Shown here: positions 54,311-64,000 of the stretch, one piece after another
How the letters are laid out: each line of letters starts with the position of its first letter
Numbering within the stretch: the first letter of the stretch is position 1
Assembly: GCA_951406725.2 (NCBI GenBank)
Contig: OX597821.1
Coordinates: forward strand, 16,244,001-16,308,000
Length of the DNA: 64,000 nucleotides
Direction: 5' to 3'
Source: Octopus vulgaris
Lineage: Eukaryota
The notes under the pieces: model-generated
Database searches by the model: none
Told to the model about the DNA's origin: nothing
Seen by the model: only the letters and a program-made list of their open reading frames with translations
Made by a program: the position numbers and the translations under genes

Positions 54311-55169
54311 GATTTGGACGATTAAGCTTGAAACGACTTTGTTTATTCTCTGACGGATGCTGTTAAACAAAGTCATCAAACACACAAGTATAAAATTACT
54401 ATATTCTGTTGAACAGAGAATTTGCATATTGCATACATTTCGCATAACGTAAATCGATAATTAAGTCTTAACTAATATAATATGCATGATAGTCAGCATG
54501 TATCTGCTCCTCGCAGACAGTTACCTCGATACCGTGTACCACTGGCTAAAAGTACAAATCCGTAAGAGATAATTTTCCCCTCTTAAATAGCAACGCATTC
54601 CATTTCAGTCCCAAGGATGAATTCGAATTTTAACAAATTGACATTAGAGCTGACTTGTACTTCATCAATAAATACATGAATATTCAATGTTCAGACGTGT
54701 ATAAAGATCTAATTTCGACAGGATGTAGGTCCCTACTTATAATACATTTCCTTTGAGTCAGACATGTAGCGTTAAATTATTCACCTTCAAACAATCGAAC
54801 ACTAAACAGCTTTGCCTCGAGTTTTAACTGTTAGAATTGACTATACCTTATCCTATCAGTATGTGGTCTCGTAAAAATATAAGAAATCGATAATGAAAAA
54901 AAATAAATAAATAAAACTGTTGCTATCACTGCATATCAGCACTTAATAGATTTTGCACATGGTTTTCACCTGCCACTTCTAAAGTTTTATCTTTAACTAA
55001 AGTGTTCAGTATTTGTATGTATCTTTCTATTTTAATAAGATCTATATAAGATGATTTCATGCATATAAATGTGCGCATAAAGTTTTGCATTTACTAACAT
55101 CATCATCGAGACAGTATGTTCTCAAATTGATCCACATTTGCCAAGACATTGATCTCTCTCCCACTTCTA

Positions 55170-55227
<58 letters not shown>

Positions 55228-55444
55228 TAAACTTCTTTTTCTCACCCCCTCTCAATGTTTCTAGATAAAATATACAGAACGCAGAATTAAAGGAACTTGG
55301 TAAAATATATGCATAAGTATATGTGCCTATGGTTCAACGTTATTCAATTGAGAATGGAAACATTAAAAAACACAATATATATTTAGTCTCTTGACTGAAA
55401 CTGAAAAAATATATATTGCGCTCTTTGTTTCTTTCTTACTCCCC

Positions 55445-55582
55445 CTCTCCCTCTCACTCTCTCACTATTTCTTTCTCTCTCTCTCACTCTCACTCTCACA
55501 CTATTTCTTACTCTCTCTCTCTCTCTCTCACTCTCACACTATTTCTTTCTCTCTCTCTCACTCTCACTCTCACACTATTTCT

Positions 55583-55600
<18 letters not shown>
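55445..55600. repeat. ~35-bp CT-rich minisatellite (4 units)
   Basis: ctctcactctcacactatttctt.ctctct repeated. Confidence 0.85.
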
Positions 55601-55655
<55 letters not shown>

Positions 55656-55675
55656 CATATGTATGAATTTATATA

Positions 55676-55800
55676 TTTAAGGATAAGATCGTTATTTAAA
55701 ATACCGATCTTAGATGGCCAGCATGGGAATAAAAACCTCAAAAGGTAATAATTATTATTAGAATTATAATTGCACATCTCTTAGATACCCTTAATTATAA
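55676..55800 (-). mobile_element. fragment of the 24242-25185 fold-back family
   Basis: Reverse complement of the 25090-25185 tail, followed by a short arm atctcttagatacccttaattata. Confidence 0.8.
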
Positions 55801-55989
55801 ATTTGATAATAATCATATATATGAATGTATATAATGTTAAGCCGAGAGACCATCTCATGAAATGGACTATGAAGAAAGGGAAATTAAGGCGAAAGAAATA
55901 AATTCACTGTAGAAGTGAAAGAGTAGAGGTCATGAGGAGGAACGCAATGAGATAGAAGAGAGTTTCAAACTCTGGTAGTGCGAAGAATC

Positions 55990-56560
55990 CACCACCGTTG
56001 AAATATTTCTTTATTCGTAGAAGTACAGCGGCATTTGGATCAAGACGCTGAGATTTTCCAGTCAGGCTAAATTCCACAAAGTGATGCGTAACCAAGAGAG
56101 GAAGTTGATTCTGTAGTAAAAGCGATAGAAAATTATAAGATCGGTGACATGCCGATATGATAAGCCTTGCAGAGTTGACGCCCGAGTGTCACCAATCATA
56201 TTAGAAACTTACTTCTGATTCCTGTCCAGGAGGTCAAGATGGGATGATGGGTCACCTGCCCATATATGATATCTGTATCCCGAACAAGGATGAAATGTGA
56301 GATTCGACCTATACAATAATCCAATCTTACGGGAAGCAGATACAACAGTTGGTGTATGTTAGAACCGCAAGAAAGAGCATGCGAAAAAATAAGATCAAGG
56401 AATTTCAAAGGCCTTTCTTCAAGTGGTTTGATTGTCTCAGACTTTGATAGTTCAGATCTATTACTCACATAAATGAGATGATGTCAGAGATATTGCTTTC
56501 TACTGAAAACCATAAGATTGGTATTGCCACGGTTGAGAATTACTAGATATTTCTCGCTCC
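55990..56560 (-). pseudogene. possible degraded DIRS-type tyrosine recombinase
   Basis: ELSKSETIKPLEERPLKFLDLIFSHALSCGSNIHQL resembles the DIRS YR segment L...PFEPL...LKFLT.K..FLLALA.G.R..EL; a TGKSQ-like piece lies downstream. Confidence 0.35.
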
Positions 56561-57701
56561 GTTTCTCAAAAGTCTGCAGCGCTACCTAAAGACCAACAAA
56601 AAAATCCAACCGTTTCACACGTTCGCACGTGCACACACACACACACACACACACAGACTCACACAAAGACACGCACACATAGATATATATGTACATAATT
56701 ACATGTATATTCAGTTTATCACATGCAGACTAATATACACACAACTTGAATTAGACACACTCACACACACACTCACACACACACATATACATATCAAGTT
56801 TTAGATTCTACTGAATATGATAAATGTATCTCACATTTTGCATTTTTTTTTCACTGCTTATACAAATATATAATTATAAACATTTGATTTAAATTTTCGA
56901 AGCTGATTTGCTAAACTACTGAAGTTTTTTTTTAAAACACACGTCTTTCATATAAACACATCAATACACATATAATTACGTGCTCACACAATATTTCCGA
57001 CAGGCATGTCATGAAGTGTGCTCGACATATTTCCCGGAAACGAATTTAGAAAGCTATTTTAATTGCTTTGTTGTCGACAATGAAAATTGCTCCATAATTT
57101 AGCTGTGACGCTGTGTCAAACTGAAATTGAATTCTGAGTTTCAAAAGACATTAATAATCATTATGCTTTTCGTATTAATTCAATAATTCCACAATACAAT
57201 CTCCTTGGATATGTGTTCCCCTCATAGAAAGGAAATTAGACTGAGTTATAAAATATATTGTTTAATAAAGTATTTGAATTATCTTTGTATGCAACAAGTA
57301 AGAAATAAAATGCATATATTGGCGAAATCAAAGTAATGAATACTAATTATACTTTGCTCTGGGTAGAAAAATGACTGAAGTTTTATAGAGATTTCGTGGT
57401 GGGTAGGGGAAGGAAAAAAGGCATCGTCCAGCGACAAGCTATTGAGAATGCTCTGATCAGAGGGATATCGAGTAGAAGCAACCAAAGACAAGGTTGGGCT
57501 GTAAAATCTAATAATTTGTTAAGTCTACTAACCAAGCAGCTCACAACGGTACTTGATGTCACAGTGCAAGAAACGTGGAATATGTACCTTAACGCGTTTG
57601 GCTTGGTATATTTATTTCGTGCCACCTCTCTCTTTCTATTTTTGTATCACAATCTCTATTTCTCTCTTCACACACACTCACACACACACAAATATATATA
57701 C

Positions 57702-57773
<72 letters not shown>

Positions 57774-58442
57774 TATATATATATATATATATGCATAACG
57801 TACATATATATATATATATATATGTATGTGTATACATTTATATACAAACATGCACATACATATATCCCCCATCGTATTCTCTCTCATCCTTTCTCTAATT
57901 CTCTTTTTCCTCCCCTTCACCGTTTTCTATCTGCTTTCTCCTCTCCCCCAATTTATCGCTTACTCTCTCTTTCGTTGCTCACACGTGACCATTGTCCATT
58001 TTCTTTTCCTCGCGTGATGATCTTGCTTTTCTTTCAGGGCTATCCTAAGGACTGGACGTATTCTATATCTCTCTCGTCTATGTTTTCTCTTGTCGAAGAA
58101 AATAGTTCTCCAGCGTTCCCTATTTTACACACGTTGTGGTCTAACAATCCTCCATGCTTGTTTTCGTTCGGTTTCCTTTTATGTCACCAGTGTCCTGTTT
58201 TCCTCCCACTATTGACTCTCCATAAATCCCAAATTTTATTTTGGTACTTATGGGAGTAACTGTCTTCGAAGACTCATATTGTCGTTCAATGCTCGATATG
58301 AGGATTAAAAGTAGGCAGACCACAACTGATAAAGGGTCATTCTTAATGTTACTTGTCCTGTTTTCCATTTGTTTCGTTGCTTGCGCACTGAACTCCTTTG
58401 TTTTCACATTTCATGTTATTTACTTTTTCTGACGTCCTTTAC

Positions 58443-58476
<34 letters not shown>

Positions 58477-58513
58477 ATGTATATGTATATCTATATATAG
58501 ATATATGTATGTA

Positions 58514-58556
<43 letters not shown>

Positions 58557-58809
58557 CTATATATATATATATATATATACATACATACAGAGAGAGAGAG
58601 AGTTAGATATATATTTGAATGTATGCATTGCATATATATAACCATAATCGTATGCATAACTGCGCGTACAATCTTTCACCTATTTGCTCACGCACACAAT
58701 GTCCATATTTGCACGCGCGCAAATATGGACAGAGCTAGGCCAGATTAAAATATTGTCTCTAGTAATTTAAGATGTTCAGTAAATATAATGGATAACCTAT
58801 TACGATAAT

Positions 58810-58857
<48 letters not shown>

Positions 58858-59828
58858 CACTACTAAATTATACATAAAAGTAAAGGATTGTTTGAATAAA
58901 GAAAGTGACAAAAGGGTTAAAAGGTAAATTTTGATATATAATGTATATATACACACACATACACACACATATATATATATATATATATACATACACACAT
59001 TTAAGTGTGTATATAATATATATGTATATATATGCCTCCATACATATACGAATGTGTTTGTTTACTAATGAGAATATATAAAACATCCTCAAAAACATCG
59101 TAAATGACTTTTCCTCTGGCTTTGATGAACTAATTAAGTAAGCGATACCACTGGAAACGTAGTTCTTACCTGTTAATGCTTCATTATAACGACATCAGTA
59201 GCACTCTATAACTGTAAAAAGCTAATAAGCCGCTGTTAACACAAACACTCATACTTAATAACACGTCGCTATATTCAGAAACCTATTATTATGTTAAACA
59301 TGGCGTTTTTTTTCTTTTCATTATATTCAATAAAATGAAAGCATTGAATTGGCCGAATCGAGATGTTCAATAAAAGATGTACCAATACCCGAAAATCTTT
59401 TTTTTTTCGCCTCAATTCCTTACTTTGCCTATGTTTAAGTGATCTTAGCACGCCTACTTTAATAATGTATTGTAATTCGGTGAGTGCTGTTCTTTCATAA
59501 ATATAAAATTTATACCAGGATCAAAAAATGTTAAAGCATTGTTATATAATGATAGTTTATGTTATACAGGATTTTATCCAAGTCACAAATGAAAGATAAC
59601 CGCCCCTATACAACATTTACGAAGAAGAAAAAAAACAATAGTGAATTTAAAACAACAGGAAAAGAAAAGAAAGAAAAATTCTCCTTTGTAATCTGCTACA
59701 AAATGTTACCAAGTTCGTGTTTCTTGGGAAACACGCAAATATACATATACATAAATTTATATATGTATATATATATATATATATACACATACACACACAC
59801 ACATATACACACACACACATATATATGT

Positions 59829-59859
<31 letters not shown>

Positions 59860-59983
59860 CACAGATATATATACACACAAACATATATATATATGTACAC
59901 ACAGACACACATATATATATATACACACACACACACATATATATATGTATATATATATATGTGTGTGTCTGTGTGTGTGTGTG

Positions 59984-60029
<46 letters not shown>

Positions 60030-60269
60030 CATATATATCTGTATGCATGTATATATATATACAAGTACATATACATATATATATATTCTTTTATTACTTT
60101 ACTTGTGTCAGTCATTTGACTGCGGTCGCGCTGGAGCACCACCTTTTGGGAGGAAAACCTCTTACTACACACCCACACATATAACTACATATATGTATAT
60201 AAAGGGATTACATATAAATGAAATACACGCATACAAACAAACATATATATATATATATATATATATGCA

Positions 60270-60300
<31 letters not shown>

Positions 60301-60318
60301 GTATATACATATGTGTGG

Positions 60319-60368
<50 letters not shown>

Positions 60369-60595
60369 GTATATATATGTGTGGGTGTATATATATATAT
60401 ATGTCATTCTGTTTATTTAAGTTTTTCTTGCGAATAGAGAAAGAACCAGTTTCGAACCTAGATCCAAGGCTCCTTCACTGGAATTTCAGCATCAACAATA
60501 AGATACGTTTTTACGTATGTATGTATGTATGTATTTATGTATGCAAGTATGTATGTATGCATGCACGTTTGTATGTATGTATGTATGTATGTATG

Positions 60596-60631
<36 letters not shown>

Positions 60632-61792
60632 AGAATGTATGTCTGCATCCATTCGGTCGCCGTAATGCATAAGGTTGCAAGCAGTTTCTGAATTGTCAGC
60701 ATACAACATTGTTGCTGCAAGCAGTCGTAGACAAACACTCTGGGACCAAGACACACAAACCCCAAGTAACAGAGACCTAAAGGAGGTCACACCTGGAGGA
60801 GAGGAGAGAAATCCTCCGACACTTGACTGGTATGCACTTTCAGTTGGAAAATATCTGAAAAGAATTCTCTCGTTGAAGCAACACAACACACTGCCAAACA
60901 GATACACAGAGAGACAGAAAGTAAGTGAAATATTATAACAGAATATTAGGTATCCCAGAAGAGGTTGTAAAAATGTTCAAATTCATATTGTAATGCATTT
61001 AAGCGCTATACTATTACAACAGAATGTTTGCATCGTAAATCATGTTTTTATTATTTACCTCGTGTTCATTTAAGTGGTTATGGTGAAATTTATTTTCATT
61101 TTCTCATTACGTCTATTTTCTGTTTCAATTTTTTCTTGAAGTAATCAATAACAAAAAAGAAATATATCATATATTATCAACTTTTTAATATCGTTACGCT
61201 TTGTCTAACAATATTGTAATATTTGTCATATTGCTGTATTTTTGTATGGTTGTTTCTGACTCTTGTTTCTTCATCAATTTATAACAGCTCTACTAGAAAT
61301 TCGGCCATTATCTATATAGTTATTGATTTCCTTATATATTCATCATTAAAATTCTCGTTGTTTAAACCCATGTCACAAATAATTTGGTAGACATTTTAAA
61401 AACCAGTGGAGATATTACAACTTGATGTACGTAATTCTGGCGGCAGTAAATTAAAATTTCCCCCTGTGTATAATATTAAAATTATCCACAGTTACGTTTA
61501 TACTGCCCGATAAACTTCTGAAATGCAAGTAGATATTTTATTCTTTGAATCCTATATATATATCGAGTTACGAAATTGAAGGCAGGCGCTAAATGGATAA
61601 ACAGCGTCGGCAAGCATCAAATTAAGACGAGAGACTCTCTCTTGTTCCCGTCAGACTCTGCACTAATAATGTGCGGCTTGCACCGATATATATATATTGT
61701 TTAAAAGCCATAGGAGAAATTTTATATCATTCTAACGGTGTGCATACATTAAATACGGCACTCAGATGGCAATAAACCTATATGTGTTGTTC

Positions 61793-61841
<49 letters not shown>

Positions 61842-61847
<6 letters not shown>

Positions 61848-63678
61848 GCATCCTTTTTTGTCTCGGGAGACAATGGAGTTGCGCATAAAGTAGTCTAGTC
61901 CGGCTTTTACATTTCATGTCCTGATACATTTCCTGCAGTGGATGTGTAGTCCTATCCTGGACAAACACTCCCTCTGGCCGGTACCGCAAATGTAGCGAAG
62001 ACCTTTCCTAGCTGGTTGTAATGTCATAGTTTCTTGTTAACGTATTTTCTTGTCTTGTCTTTCCATTTCTCATCTCTCTCTCTCTCTCTCACACACTCCT
62101 TTGTATTCCCTCTTTTACGATACGTCGCCAATCTCCACGGTTGCTGGCAACTGCTTCTTAATTGCTAATGTTGATGTTGCAGGGCTTCATGTCCTTTTTG
62201 CAAACATCACTGTAACGTAAGAACGGTCTTCCCACAGACCTAGTACCCCTAGCAAGCTCTCCGTAGAGTATGTCCTTGGGGATTCTGCCATCTTTCATAC
62301 GGCTAACATGCCCAAGCCATCTCATACGTCTTTGTTTGAGGAGTGCAAACATGCTTGGTATTCCTGCTTGCTTAAGGACATCTTTGTTGGGGATATGATT
62401 CTGCCATTTGATGCGGAGGATTTTCCGGAGGCAGCGCAGGTGAAAGATGTTTAGGCGACGCTCTTGGCGTGTGTATGGCGTCCAAGTCTCACTTCCATAG
62501 AGTAGAGTGCTAAGTATACATGCCTGGTAGATCTTCATTTTCGTGGTCTTGGTCAGCTTATTGTAGTCCCATGCCCGTTTGAAGAGTTGGGCCATCGCAG
62601 CAGCTGCCTTGCCAATGCGTATATTGAGCTCAGCGTCAAGGTTGTAGGTGACGGTAGAGCCAAGATAGGTTAACTTCTCCACCTCCTGTAATCTGTGGTC
62701 TCCAATATGTATGTTTGGGATGTCCGATGTAGCCTGACCCATGATGTTGGTCTTCTTAAGGCTGATAGCTAAGCCTTTGGAGGGCTTCTTCTGTGTGTGA
62801 TACCAGAGCGGCATCATCAGCAAATAGCATCTCCTTGATCAGGACGCTTCTGATTTTGGTCTTGGCACGCAGGCGCGAGATATTGAACAGTTCCCCGTCA
62901 CTTCTACGGTGCAGAAACACTCCATCATCTGATGTCTGAAAGGCATGTGAGAGCAAGAGCGAGAAGAAGATATCAAATAATGTAGAAGCGATGACACAAC
63001 CTTGCTTTACCCCGTTTTTTATTTGGAAGGCGGCTGATGTTGAACCATTGTGCTGTATGGTGCCTTGCATATCATCATGGAAAGACTTGATGATCCTCAG
63101 CAGCTTTGGTGGACATCCGATTTTTTGGAGCAGGATGAAGATACCTTTTCTACTTACCGAGTCAAAGGCCTTTGACAGATCAATGAAGGCCATATATCAT
63201 GGCATTTTCTCCTCTCTGGACTTCTCCCGAAGTTGGCGTATGTTGATTTCCACACCCCGATTCCGGATAGATACGAGAAGCAAGTAGTTGTAGCCTGGCC
63301 AGGATAACGCGAGCAACGGTCTTTCCAACAGTGCTTAGAAGAGATATTCCACGGTAATTGTTACAATCAACACGGTCACCTTTGTTTTTGTAAAGCGTAA
63401 TGATGTTAGCATCCCGCATATCCTGAGGGACTATACCCTCTTCCCAACACTGACACATAAGCTCATGAAGGTGCCGAAGCAGGATGGTGTTTTTGCCGGC
63501 TTTGATGATCTCTGAGGGGATACCGTCTTTTCCCGGAACCTTGTTACTTGCTAGGGAGTAATAGCCTTGGTGAGCTCTGCTTTAGATGGAGGACTGTCAA
63601 GTTCGCACATGACTGGCAAGATCTTGACACTCGCGATTGCAGCCTCAGCTACTGTAGTCTCCCGTGAGTAGAGAGTGG
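61842..63678 (-). mobile_element. 5'-truncated RTE-clade LINE, frameshifted, inserted in (TA)n
   Basis: Three overlapping ORFs: CNNYRGISLLSTVGK; AFIDLSKAFDSVSR, GVKQGCVIASTLF, LFADDAAL; LLYGSETWT..RMRWLGHVSRMKDGRIPKDILYGEL. Confidence 0.93.
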
Positions 63679-63927
<249 letters not shown>

Positions 63928-64000
63928 ATCCTAACAAGAAAACACAAAAACACAAAAAAACACAACAACGCGAGGATGTGAAACAAATAAAGTATTATTG

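Noticed and set aside
58259-58320. Stem-loop ctcatattg/cgatatgag flanked by ctgtc/ggcag; similar case at 60437-60487 (minus)
   Set aside because: The catalytic core and/or GAAA is absent; at most very decayed relics.

Overview
This is AT-rich eukaryotic DNA dominated by microsatellites and transposable elements. The SINE families and (TA)n/(CA)n density look cephalopod, probably Octopus; that assignment is an inference. I cannot support any host protein-coding exon, and almost all ORF-track entries are translated microsatellites. The recognisable coding sequence is all transposon-derived. It comprises a 5'-truncated CR1/L2-group LINE with an open RT ORF (16973-19218), an RTE LINE (61842-63678, minus), an R4/Dong-type RLE LINE remnant (42340-43230), an old CR1/L2-like remnant, Tc1/mariner fragments, a possible DIRS recombinase relic, and a rearranged Penelope-like element (PLE) with a Cys knuckle and GIY-YIG endonuclease (49995-51031). 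There are also several tRNA-derived SINE families and non-autonomous Helitrons. The most striking feature is about a dozen short fold-back (inverted-arm plus one-sided tail) elements, mostly in (TA)n tracts. Several carry minimal type I hammerhead ribozyme motifs with palindromic stem III, and two cores show compensatory changes at the 3-8 pair (U3-A8, A3-U8). One is a head-to-head tRNA-headed SINE with a hammerhead-bearing tail and a 10-bp target-site duplication. Together these suggest a PLE-driven system of non-autonomous ribozyme-carrying hairpin retroelements. All coordinates were counted by eye and may be off by a few bases.
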